Source of the DNA: Bacteroidota bacterium
Lineage (GTDB): Bacteria > Bacteroidota > Ignavibacteria > Tepidaquicellales > Tepidaquicellaceae
Assembly: GCA_036782875.1 (NCBI GenBank)
Contig: DAIPYG010000002.1
Span: 23,340 to 87,339, forward strand
DNA length: 64,000 nt
Direction of reading: 5' to 3'
The translations under genes and the position numbers were made by a program. Under the pieces are notes generated by a model that was not told the DNA's origin, ran no database searches, and was given only the letters and a program-made list of their open reading frames with translations. This document shows, one piece after another, positions 1-8,794 of this stretch. Each line of letters starts with the position of its first letter. Position 1 is the stretch's first letter.

Positions 1-171
1 TTCGGAATACTTTGTGCTTTTTCCTTCACATTTATCCGTGGTAACATTATAACTCTCGCAGAAATAAAGCTTATCGGAATTGTCACCTGCAAGATTACTC
101 AGCTTGCTGCAGCCTAACATTAAACCGACCAGAACTATCAGTGAAAATAAACCTTTTAGATTTTCTCTCAT
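1..171 (-). CDS. Putative lipoprotein, N-terminal part only (gene runs off the left edge of the window)
   Basis: ATG at 171-169 on the minus strand. My translation MRENLKGLFSLIVLVGLMLGCSKLSNLAGDNSDKLYFCESYNVTTDKCEGKSTKYSE stays open to position 1. It has a hydrophobic signal peptide ending in a lipobox-like LMLGC. Confidence 0.5.
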   Translation of the reverse strand, partial: MRENLKGLFSLIVLVGLMLGCSKLSNLAGDNSDKLYFCESYNVTTDKCEGKSTKYSE

Positions 172-457
172 AATATTTTTAATTTTAGGATTTTGATTAG
201 AGCAATTTACCCAATACTACTTTTATTTTCTATACTTATTTACTGAATAGATTCCAGCTAGAAATAGAAAGGTAACTTTGTTTAATCTATGAAAAGAGTA
301 TAATAAAAATCTTACTCATCGATTTAATCTGATTTGTGTTTTTAAAACCCAGATATATGCTAGTGCCTGTGGGTGTTTAATTCTTTTAAAAGAACTATTT
401 AACAGTTCGCACATCCCGCCCGGTATTTAATCTTCAGAAACCAGCCGGAATATGAAA

Positions 458-2011
458 TTAAAACCAACCTGTTTTTTTTCTTTTTGAACTTGTACTTCCG
501 CCTATTCCCAGCACTCCTAGAATTCCACGTGTAAGCTCACGGGCAACTGTTCTGCCGACCTGTCTGGCTGTTGTGCTCGTCAGAACTTTTTCTACCGTAC
601 TTTTCTCTTCACGGGTGCCTGATGATTTTTTTTCTTCTACAGGATCCAGCTGCTGCGCATCCTGTAATTTTTTATTTAATATCTCATAAGCACTTTCCCT
701 GTCAATAATCTCATTATATTTTTTTACAAGATATGATCTGTTCACGATCTCATCAATTTCTTCCGGAGAAATAATATCCATTCTGGAAGAAGGGGGGCAA
801 AGTAATGTAGCAGAAAGCGGTGTTGGATTTCCTTTCTCACTTAAAACTGTAACAGCTGCTTCACCAATCCCCATCGAAGTCAGAAGCTCTTCAACATTAT
901 AAAATTCGGACATGGGATAATTAGCTGCAATTAATTTTATCTGCTTTCTGTCATTTGCCGTAAATGCTCTCAGTGAATGCTGAACCTTCATTCCCAGCTG
1001 ACTTAGAACAGAATCAGGAATATCAGTCGGATTCTGTGTACAGAAAAATATTCCTACACCTTTCGATCTTATGAGTTTTATGATTGATTCAATCTGATCG
1101 AGTAAGGCTTTCGATGCTTCATTGAAAAGTAGATGCGCCTCATCAATAAATATAACGAGCTTTGGCTGCTCGGAATCTCCTTCTTCCGGAAATGTATTAT
1201 ATATTTCTACAAGAAGGCAAAGTAAAAATGTTGAGAATAATTTAGGCTTGTTCTGTATATCAGTTAAACGTATGATAGAAATAACACCTTTGCCTTCTTC
1301 ATTTATTTTTAAAAGATCTTCAACTTCAAAAGAAGTCTCTCCGAAAAATAAATCAGCGTGCTGCTGTTCGAGTTCAATAACTTTTCTTAAAATAGTGCCT
1401 GTAGAAGTAGTTGATATCTTTCCGTATGCTGACTCTATTTCTTTCTTTCCTTCTTCAGAAATATACTGCAGCATTTTTTTGAAATCTTTCAGATCAAGAA
1501 GCGGGTATTTGTTATCATCACAGTATTTGAATATCAATGAGACTATTCCTGACTGCGTATCATTCAGCTCAAGCATTTTTGAAAACAGCACGGGTCCGAA
1601 TTCCGAAACAGTAGCCCTCATCTTTATTCCTTTTTCACCGGATATTGTCATCAGCTCTACAGGAAATCGCGAGGGAGTGTATGTAATTCCGATTCTTCTT
1701 GCCCGATCCTCTATTTTTTCATTGGTTGATCCCGGCATAGCTATTCCGCTGAGATCACCTTTAATATCCATTAGAAGCACAGGAACACTCTTCGCTGATA
1801 AACCTTCAGAGATCACCTGCAGTGTTTTGGTCTTCCCCGTTCCCGTTGCCCCTGCAATAAGCCCGTGCCTGTTCATTGTCTTTAAAGGCAGTTTTATGTT
1901 TACTCCGCTTAGGCATTCTCCTTTGAATATTGCACCGCCGAGTAATATAGATTCCCCTTTGAAATTATAGCCATCGTTTATAGATGCTGTAAATTTTTCT
2001 TTATCGTCCAT
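458..2011 (-). CDS. HerA-like P-loop ATPase, DUF853 / YjgR family
   Basis: 517 aa with Walker A GATGTGKTKT and Walker B LVIFIDEAHLLF. Length and the basic/Ser-rich C-terminal tail fit YjgR-type 'helicase HerA-like' proteins. ATG start. Confidence 0.85.
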   Translation of the reverse strand: MDDKEKFTASINDGYNFKGESILLGGAIFKGECLSGVNIKLPLKTMNRHGLIAGATGTGKTKTLQVISEGLSAKSVPVLLMDIKGDLSGIAMPGSTNEKIEDRARRIGITYTPSRFPVELMTISGEKGIKMRATVSEFGPVLFSKMLELNDTQSGIVSLIFKYCDDNKYPLLDLKDFKKMLQYISEEGKKEIESAYGKISTTSTGTILRKVIELEQQHADLFFGETSFEVEDLLKINEEGKGVISIIRLTDIQNKPKLFSTFLLCLLVEIYNTFPEEGDSEQPKLVIFIDEAHLLFNEASKALLDQIESIIKLIRSKGVGIFFCTQNPTDIPDSVLSQLGMKVQHSLRAFTANDRKQIKLIAANYPMSEFYNVEELLTSMGIGEAAVTVLSEKGNPTPLSATLLCPPSSRMDIISPEEIDEIVNRSYLVKKYNEIIDRESAYEILNKKLQDAQQLDPVEEKKSSGTREEKSTVEKVLTSTTARQVGRTVARELTRGILGVLGIGGSTSSKRKKTGWF

Positions 2012-2386
2012 AAAAGATATGTTTGTTTATTAAATTGGGTAATGCAAAGTAGTTATTTAATTGTTAGTATTAAATTTAAATATTAAGAATTAATTAATTT
2101 AAATTGAGAACTCTCCTTTATAATTAGATACTTAGGTCACTTTACGGAAATATTTTCAAAAACTTTTACAAAAATGAATTCAGGATATTTTGATTAAGAT
2201 GAAAATACTATTAAGCTAGAGATCGAAGAATATTATCTCAATAATTCGGGTAACGGTTAAGGATACATGCTATATACAAATATCTTTGAAATGTTTTTTT
2301 TACAAAAAAGCATTTTATAAGTTTTGGAAAAAATACAGTTACTGTTAGAGCAGCAACACTTATTTATAAACCTTAAAAAAATTATC

Positions 2387-2899
2387 ATGAAAAAGATCAA
2401 AACAAAAAAGATCAGGATGGAAAGAATCAAAAACAAAACAAGGATCATCGAGAGAGAAGCTGAATATGAAGGAGGGGCAATATTTGCGGAATATTCTCAG
2501 GGTATATGGAAAGGTGAAGAGGTATTACACGGACATTACGAGAGTTTTTATACAGGTTATAATGATTTGGGTGCTACAAAGATAAAATGTAAATACAGGT
2601 ACGGCAAATATTATGGAAGATATGAAGCCTGGTTTGAAGGCGGATATAAAGCTCACGAGGGATACTATAAAAACGGGAAGAAAAATGGAAAATGGACAAC
2701 ATGGTACGATGAAGGTGGGCTGGAAAGTATTATACATTACAAGGATGGGAAAAAGGAAGGACGATGCATTGAATATTACAGGGAAGGAGGTAAGAGTCTT
2801 GAATGCATTTACAAAAACAACAGGATGGTCAGACTGATCGGAGAATGGGGGTATCAAGAAATGAAAGACTATCTGACTCCTGAAGGTCCGGAGTTATGA
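2387..2899 (+). CDS. MORN-repeat-variant protein (YwqK-type)
   Basis: Repeated units YGKYYGRYEAWFEGG, NGKKNGKWTTWYDEGG and DGKKEGRCIEYYREGG. The track start at 2324 is a TTG; I prefer the in-frame ATG at 2387 (MKKIKTKK). This is the only supported plus-strand gene in the window. Confidence 0.65.
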   Translation: MKKIKTKKIRMERIKNKTRIIEREAEYEGGAIFAEYSQGIWKGEEVLHGHYESFYTGYNDLGATKIKCKYRYGKYYGRYEAWFEGGYKAHEGYYKNGKKNGKWTTWYDEGGLESIIHYKDGKKEGRCIEYYREGGKSLECIYKNNRMVRLIGEWGYQEMKDYLTPEGPEL

Positions 2900-2942
2900 T
2901 TGCAACAGACTTCATATATGTTTGATTTTCATTTCTAATAAT

Positions 2943-2981
2943 AAAAAGATCCGCCTGAAATCAATCAGAGCGGATCTTTTT
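2943..2981. terminator. Bidirectional rho-independent terminator between convergent genes
   Basis: aaaaAGATCCGC-(15 nt loop)-GCGGATCTtttt. An 8-bp GC-containing stem is flanked by an A-run on one side and a T-run on the other. It lies between the plus-strand stop at 2899 and the minus-strand stop at 3001. Confidence 0.65.
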
Positions 2982-3000
2982 ACAAATCATATTTAAATTA

Positions 3001-4683
3001 TCAGTAATCAATTCTTAAAGTTGCAAAACCATAGTCATCCGTGAATTTATAATTCTGATACATATCATCTATAATTCTGTGAACATATTTTATCTCTATG
3101 AAGAACTGTCTGATAAACTGCCAGTTAAAATTGGTTGTGATAATATCTCTGTTTATCCTGTGACCTTTCATAAATTCCGGATCAGAGTAGCTGTACCCTG
3201 TTGCATTATTTATATTGCCGCCGTAATTAACAATAACTCTTCCTGCAGAATCTGTTTCTATACCGTTTGCTGAACGCTGATGCTGATAAAGCACATTCAG
3301 ATTTACCCTGTTTGAGAAATCATAGTTCAGCTTAAATGCAATCTCATCAGAATTCGGTTCAAGATGATGACCTAGCGGGAGGTTCCAGTTTGTGTACATA
3401 GTCTTGTTTGAAACGTGTGTATAGACAAACGGATCAAGTTTTGTGTATTCTGATTTCAATTCAAGATTGGGAAGAGTGAAAGCATCGGTCCACATAAGAC
3501 CAAATTGATAAGCAAACTTATTCGTGACCTTCGCATTATCCTTGAATAAAGTACTGAACTCCAGATCATCTGCAAGGAATGAAGCCTGCACAGCAAGCTT
3601 TTTCAAAGGAATTACCATAGCATCAAGTCCCATAATTGCATTGTTAGTATTCTCCGGTCCAGGCTGTGACGCCTTGCTTAAATCTGCTGATGTCAGAAAA
3701 CTTACAGGATTTAGAAAAGTAAAACTGAAAGGACTGTTGGCAATAGTAACGCTTTCAAAAAAACCTATTCTGACTGCATCAGAAAAATTTACATCTAATC
3801 TGTGAGTTGCAATATTCTTTGCATCTATTCTTCTTCCGAGTGAATCTCCGCGCAGACTTCCGTACATAAAAGTGTACTTCACAGCTTTGTAGCCGAGATC
3901 AAGCCTGATATAGTCAAACGGTACTGTGTTATTTGAAAGATATAGCCTGTCAATGAATCCGAATCCCTGATAGACAGGATTTCTTCCTACTGTCAAAGCC
4001 AGCCAGTCGTGTTCAGCTCTGTACCGGAGATAGCCGTCATAGGTATCAAAGTTTCTCTGTTCATATTCAAATTTATACTGAGCATATAATTTCGGATCTG
4101 TATATCTTGCAAATTTTACATCATCAGAATCCCCGCTAAGTTTTTGCCCGTTAGATGCGCGAAGATAATATCCTACGCTGTTGAAAAGTGTTCCTCTCAC
4201 TCTGAATCCAAGTTCTCCTAAAAGAATTGAATGGCGACCTATAGAATCGCCGCGGGATTCTCTCTGTGACAATCCGCCAAGCACATCAAGAAATAAACTC
4301 GCATTACTGTCAGCAAATGTATAGAGATACTTTTGTTTACTATTGGAAAAAACATTTTTAAATCCTTCTTTGAATAGCGGAGCTGCATTCTTCAATGTAC
4401 CATACATATCAAATTCAAATTCAATTTTATAATCATTAAGTATTTCTTTGTCTACAGAAGTGATCTTGCTTTTTTTTGCATCTATCGTTTTCAAATAAGA
4501 GGCTACATTCTCTCTGGAAATAGGAATATTTGCCCTGTTGTAATCTGAAATGATCTCGAGTGTCTGCATTCTCTGAAGAAAATCATAAACCGGATGGTTT
4601 GGCTGTACAAGCTCGACCTGAGCCATTGTAATGTTTGAAATTATTAACAGGCAAAAAATTATCAGCGTAAAAAGTTTTTTCAT
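3001..4683 (-). CDS. Outer-membrane beta-barrel protein, capsule-assembly Wzi-like
   Basis: 560 aa with signal peptide MKKLFTLIIFCLLIISNITMAQ and a C-terminal aromatic residue (...ATLRIDY). An N-terminal helical segment (HPVYDFLQRMQTLEII) precedes a long strand-rich region, as in the Wzi family. The family call is from memory. Confidence 0.55.
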   Translation of the reverse strand: MKKLFTLIIFCLLIISNITMAQVELVQPNHPVYDFLQRMQTLEIISDYNRANIPISRENVASYLKTIDAKKSKITSVDKEILNDYKIEFEFDMYGTLKNAAPLFKEGFKNVFSNSKQKYLYTFADSNASLFLDVLGGLSQRESRGDSIGRHSILLGELGFRVRGTLFNSVGYYLRASNGQKLSGDSDDVKFARYTDPKLYAQYKFEYEQRNFDTYDGYLRYRAEHDWLALTVGRNPVYQGFGFIDRLYLSNNTVPFDYIRLDLGYKAVKYTFMYGSLRGDSLGRRIDAKNIATHRLDVNFSDAVRIGFFESVTIANSPFSFTFLNPVSFLTSADLSKASQPGPENTNNAIMGLDAMVIPLKKLAVQASFLADDLEFSTLFKDNAKVTNKFAYQFGLMWTDAFTLPNLELKSEYTKLDPFVYTHVSNKTMYTNWNLPLGHHLEPNSDEIAFKLNYDFSNRVNLNVLYQHQRSANGIETDSAGRVIVNYGGNINNATGYSYSDPEFMKGHRINRDIITTNFNWQFIRQFFIEIKYVHRIIDDMYQNYKFTDDYGFATLRIDY

Positions 4684-4771
4684 TTATATATTTAATTTTG
4701 AAATGAAAAATTTAACAATTATCATATTGAATATAAAGCTCTGTAAGGTGAATATATTTCCGGCTGGAATA

Positions 4772-6700
4772 TTAAAGAGACTGAACTCCGGTAGGAATCT
4801 GCTGTTCCTCGGAGAGATATTCAGGAACAAGTTTCTTAAGCATACTTACAATTAATTCTTTATCACTGTCATATCTTTTTTCAAGAAGTGTCTCAAGGTT
4901 ATAATCAAAGTGATCCGGTATAAAATGACTGGCGTTTGTCGCGATAAGGATCTTTTCATGAATGGTCTTTTCATATAATTCTCCAGGAATAAATAACTCT
5001 TCATACAATTTCTCTCCGGGTCTTAATCCGGTCTGAACTATCTTTATATCTTTATCGACTTCATAACCGGAAAGTCTTATAATATCTTTAGCAAGATCAA
5101 GAACTTTTACAGGCTCACCCATATCCAGTACAAATATCTCTCCGCCGTTACCTATGACAGAAGCCTGAAGCACCAGCTGAACTGCTTCCGGTATCGTCAT
5201 AAAATATCTTTGAATATCAGGATGTGTAATCGTAACTGGTCCGCCTTCTGCTATCTGCCTTTTGAAAGTTAAGACTACGCTGCCTCTGCTTCCGAGAACA
5301 TTTCCGAAACGTACAGCTGAAAAATTCTTTCCGTAAACTCTTGCAGCTTTCAGGACGATCATTTCAGACACTCTCTTGCTTGCACCCATAATACTGGAAG
5401 GGTTCACTGCTTTGTCAGTAGATATAAAAACAAAATGTCCGACATTATGTTTAAGGGACAGGTCAATTAGATTCTGTGTTCCTTTTATATTATTGCTTAT
5501 AGCTTCACACGAATTCATTTCCATCATTGGCACATGCTTATGAGCTGCAGCGTGGAAAACTACATCAGGCTGATAATCTTCAAAAATTTTGTCGAGCCGG
5601 TTAAATGATCTGATGTTTGCAATTACAGTATTTACTTTTGTGCTGTATTGCTTTCCGTTAGTTAGTGATAATCTTTTAAGTATCTCATGCTGAATATCAA
5701 ATATCGAATTCTCTCCCTGCCCGAGTAATATGATCTCTGAAGGATGACATTTTATTATCTGTCTGCAAAGCTCACTGCCTATTGATCCTCCGGAACCTGT
5801 TATAAGAATTTTCTTTCCTTTTAAAAAATCTTCAACTTTTTTAATATCCGTTTTCACTGGCTCTCTTCTTAGTAAATCTTCAATCTGAACCTGCCTGATA
5901 CTGTCTATTCTGACTTTTTCATCAAGTATTTCATATATCCCCGGAATGGTCCTTGCCTGCACTCCTGTCTTTCTGCAGATTGATACAATGTCCCTGATCT
6001 CTGAACCGGGAGCAGTGGGCATTGCAATGATGACCTTATTAATATCCATCTTCGTGATGATCTCCGGAAGACTGTGTCTTGTTCCCAGTACGGGAATTCC
6101 CCTGATCTTCAGTCCTTTCTTTTCTATATCATCGTCAACAAAGGCAACAGGATTTAGCCCGAGCTGAGGATTTCTCTGCATTTCCTGGACTATAGAATTT
6201 CCTGCTTTTCCCGAACCAACCACCAGCACTCTCTCCCCATGATATGACATTTTTCTTCGTTCATTCAGCCTTTCAATTAATCTGATACTGAACCTTGCTC
6301 CGGTGACAAAGAAAAAAGAAATGATTCCATCTAATAGCGGAAGAGATAAAGGTAATATCTCAAAATTTAATATTTCAATTCTGTTAAAAATAATAAAGAC
6401 AGTGGTCTGAATAATCAGAGCCCAGAAGATGATATAGATGAGCTTTGCAAGTTCGTCTATGCTTGCGCTGTTCCAGTATCTGTTATATAATCCCAGTTTA
6501 TAAAATACAAGAAGGTCTATTGCAAGAAATACAAATGTACAGGATATAAGAGCGTTCAGATATAATTGAAAATCAACCTGACCGTCTAATCTTAATTCTA
6601 AAGCTAATAATGGACTTATGAGAAGGAATACACAATCAAAGAACAGGAAGTGTCTGTTCCTTAATTTTAATAATTTATTATTTAAAAAATTTTCAAGCAT
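4772..6700 (-). CDS. Membrane-anchored nucleotide-sugar 4,6-dehydratase, CapD/WbpM/PglF family
   Basis: 642 aa with about 4 N-terminal TM helices and two Rossmann motifs (VVGSGKAGNSIV, ITGSGGSIGSELCRQI). It carries the HAAAHKHVPMME motif typical of this family. Confidence 0.9.
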   Translation of the reverse strand: MLENFLNNKLLKLRNRHFLFFDCVFLLISPLLALELRLDGQVDFQLYLNALISCTFVFLAIDLLVFYKLGLYNRYWNSASIDELAKLIYIIFWALIIQTTVFIIFNRIEILNFEILPLSLPLLDGIISFFFVTGARFSIRLIERLNERRKMSYHGERVLVVGSGKAGNSIVQEMQRNPQLGLNPVAFVDDDIEKKGLKIRGIPVLGTRHSLPEIITKMDINKVIIAMPTAPGSEIRDIVSICRKTGVQARTIPGIYEILDEKVRIDSIRQVQIEDLLRREPVKTDIKKVEDFLKGKKILITGSGGSIGSELCRQIIKCHPSEIILLGQGENSIFDIQHEILKRLSLTNGKQYSTKVNTVIANIRSFNRLDKIFEDYQPDVVFHAAAHKHVPMMEMNSCEAISNNIKGTQNLIDLSLKHNVGHFVFISTDKAVNPSSIMGASKRVSEMIVLKAARVYGKNFSAVRFGNVLGSRGSVVLTFKRQIAEGGPVTITHPDIQRYFMTIPEAVQLVLQASVIGNGGEIFVLDMGEPVKVLDLAKDIIRLSGYEVDKDIKIVQTGLRPGEKLYEELFIPGELYEKTIHEKILIATNASHFIPDHFDYNLETLLEKRYDSDKELIVSMLKKLVPEYLSEEQQIPTGVQSL

Positions 6701-6937
6701 AAGATTTAGTTTATCTCACCTTAGCATACAAACAACTATAATTTTCATAAAATCAAAAGAACACAATTTCTAAAGAAACAATCTTTATCTAAGGGTTTTG
6801 TTTTGGATGGTGTAAATTACAAAATGTATACTATTGATTCAACAAACTTATTTAAAATTACGAATAAATTATTAATGTGGATTTTAACAAATTATTTTTC
6901 CTGTTTAAAAAAATAAATTCAGAATATAAAAGAAAAT

Positions 6938-7525
6938 CTATCTGAATATTGCGCTTATAGTTTTAAAAATCACCTTTATGTCATTCCCAAAAGATCTCTG
7001 TTCAATATACTCGAGGTTCAGCTTGAGTTTATCAGGCATTACATATTCAATATAATATTCTTCAGGATCGTCGGCTTTCTCAAGCAGTTCATTCTCATTT
7101 CTGTATTTAATTGATGCAATGTCTGTTATTCCCGGAAGGACGCTCAGAACTTTCTTTTGCTCTTCATTATAAAGATCTACGTATTTCCTGACCTCAGGTC
7201 TGGGACCGACAAAACTCATTTCTCCCTTTATTATATTAATCAGCTGCGGCAGCTCATCTAATTTGAATTTTCTTAAATAATATCCGGCTCCTGTAATCCT
7301 GTTATCTCTTCCTCCGACTGTCAGCAATCCGCTTTTATCGGAATCTGCCCGCATTGTCCTGAACTTATACAAACTGAAATCTGTATTATTTTTACCCACG
7401 CGTGTTTGTTTATAAAATATTTTACCTTTTGAGTCAATCTTAATCCATATTGCAGTTATAAGGAATAACGGTGAAAGCAGTATTGTACCAATTAACGAGA
7501 ATAAAAGGTCAAATATTTTTTTCAT
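6938..7525 (-). CDS. Initiating phosphoglycosyltransferase (small bacterial sugar transferase, PglC/WcfS type)
   Basis: 195 aa with a single N-terminal TM helix. Motifs YKFRTM, DELPQL, SFVGPRPE and PGITD are present. Confidence 0.9.
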   Translation of the reverse strand: MKKIFDLLFSLIGTILLSPLFLITAIWIKIDSKGKIFYKQTRVGKNNTDFSLYKFRTMRADSDKSGLLTVGGRDNRITGAGYYLRKFKLDELPQLINIIKGEMSFVGPRPEVRKYVDLYNEEQKKVLSVLPGITDIASIKYRNENELLEKADDPEEYYIEYVMPDKLKLNLEYIEQRSFGNDIKVIFKTISAIFR

Positions 7526-7579
7526 TAGGATCTGATATTAAATATAAACTTATTCATTAGGTTTAATTAGGAACAATAA

Positions 7580-8794
7580 TTATCCAGTAATAACTTTTTG
7601 ACAGGATTCAATTACGGAGTTAATGACCGTATTGATTTCATTATCAGTAAGCTGCGGATATACAGGCAGTGTGATCTCCCTTGAATAGTTATCATAACTG
7701 ACCGGATAATCCTCTATTTTATAATCTCTTTCTCTGAATATTTTCAGCATCGGCAGAGGAATGAAATGAACATTTACAGCAACTTCTTTTTTATTTATCT
7801 CTTCTATAATCCTGTCTCTCTGATCTTCCGTGATGTTTTTAATTCTGAGAAGATAAACGTGATATGAAGTTTCCTTATCTTTGTCTAATGATGGGGGAAG
7901 TTCAGCCCAGTCTGTTTGCCTGAATGCTTCATTGTATTTTTCAAAGATCAGTTTTCTTCTAAGAAGCAGATCATCATTATACTTTCTTATTTGAGCAAGT
8001 CCGACAGCCGCACAAAGATCATTCAGGTTTATTTTAAAACCGGGATACACTATGTCATATCTCCAGTTGCCACCCTGTGATTTTGTAAATGCATCTTTAG
8101 TCTGCCCGTTCAGTGAAAGCAGTCTTAACCATTGATAGAGTTCATCATTATTGAATTTTGCCGGAAGGTTAAGGCAAATTGCTCCGCCTTCGGCAGTCGT
8201 TACATTTTTCACGGCATGAAAAGAAAAAACTGTTGAATCGCATAAAGTACCGCTTGGCTTTCCTTTATATACAGCGCCTATCGAATGCGCGGAATCTGCC
8301 ATTACAAATATGCGTCCGAGCATTCTCTGATTCTCATTTACGGAAATAAACATCTTTTTAATTTCTTCATCATTTACAATTTTATCTATCTCATCATAGT
8401 CACACGGGTAGCCGCCAATATCAACCGGAATAATGGCTTTGGTCCGGGGCGTGATCGCCTTTCGGATCCCGTTTGTGTTAATGCAGAAATCTTTATTAAC
8501 ATCCACTATCACTGCTTTTGCGCCAAGATGCATTACGGCAAGAGCAGTAGCACAGTATGTATATGCGGGAATGATCACTTCATCACCTTTGCCGATTCCG
8601 AACCAGTGAAGCATCAGCATCATTGCTGATGTAGCAGAGTTTACACAAAGGACATTTTTTACTCCGGTAAGCTTTGCAACTTCATTCTCTAGAGCTTTAA
8701 CTTTTGGACCGGTTGTTATCCAGCCGGATCTTAACGAATCGAGAACTTCATTCGTAACGTCCTCATCTATATAAGGTGGTGAAAATGGTATCAT
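7580..8794 (-). CDS. DegT/DnrJ/EryC1/StrS-family sugar aminotransferase (PglE/WcfR-like)
   Basis: 404 aa with PLP-lysine motif FSFHAVKNVTTAEGG. The ATG at 8794 forms an ATGA overlap with the upstream stop. Confidence 0.85.
   Translation of the reverse strand: MIPFSPPYIDEDVTNEVLDSLRSGWITTGPKVKALENEVAKLTGVKNVLCVNSATSAMMLMLHWFGIGKGDEVIIPAYTYCATALAVMHLGAKAVIVDVNKDFCINTNGIRKAITPRTKAIIPVDIGGYPCDYDEIDKIVNDEEIKKMFISVNENQRMLGRIFVMADSAHSIGAVYKGKPSGTLCDSTVFSFHAVKNVTTAEGGAICLNLPAKFNNDELYQWLRLLSLNGQTKDAFTKSQGGNWRYDIVYPGFKINLNDLCAAVGLAQIRKYNDDLLLRRKLIFEKYNEAFRQTDWAELPPSLDKDKETSYHVYLLRIKNITEDQRDRIIEEINKKEVAVNVHFIPLPMLKIFRERDYKIEDYPVSYDNYSREITLPVYPQLTDNEINTVINSVIESCQKVITG

Noticed and set aside
1122-1970. 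282-aa plus-strand ORF
   Set aside because: It lies entirely antisense to, and inside, the well-supported HerA-like ATPase gene. Its translation is Ser/Ile/Phe-rich low-complexity sequence with no motifs. This is a typical shadow ORF in AT-rich DNA.
458-2011. HerA-like ATPase considered as part of an anti-phage defence system
   Set aside because: Defence-type HerA proteins come with a partner such as SIR2, DUF4297 or a nuclease. Here the neighbours are a lipoprotein and a divergent MORN-repeat gene. The protein has the YjgR/DUF853 housekeeping-type layout.
2257-2448. 63-aa very hydrophobic minus-strand ORF, considered as a possible small membrane protein
   Set aside because: It overlaps the start of the MORN-repeat gene on the opposite strand in a promoter-like AT-rich region. 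The sequence is dominated by Ile/Phe/Leu from A/T runs. Nothing supports it.
6843-6850. Minus-strand TAAGTTTG matching the Bacteroidota -7 promoter consensus TAnnTTTG upstream of the CapD-like gene
   Set aside because: A single 8-mer in a 237-bp AT-rich gap. The nearest upstream TTTG (6891-6888) is about 37 nt away, too far for the usual -33/-7 spacing. The taxon is also not established. Not reportable as a promoter.
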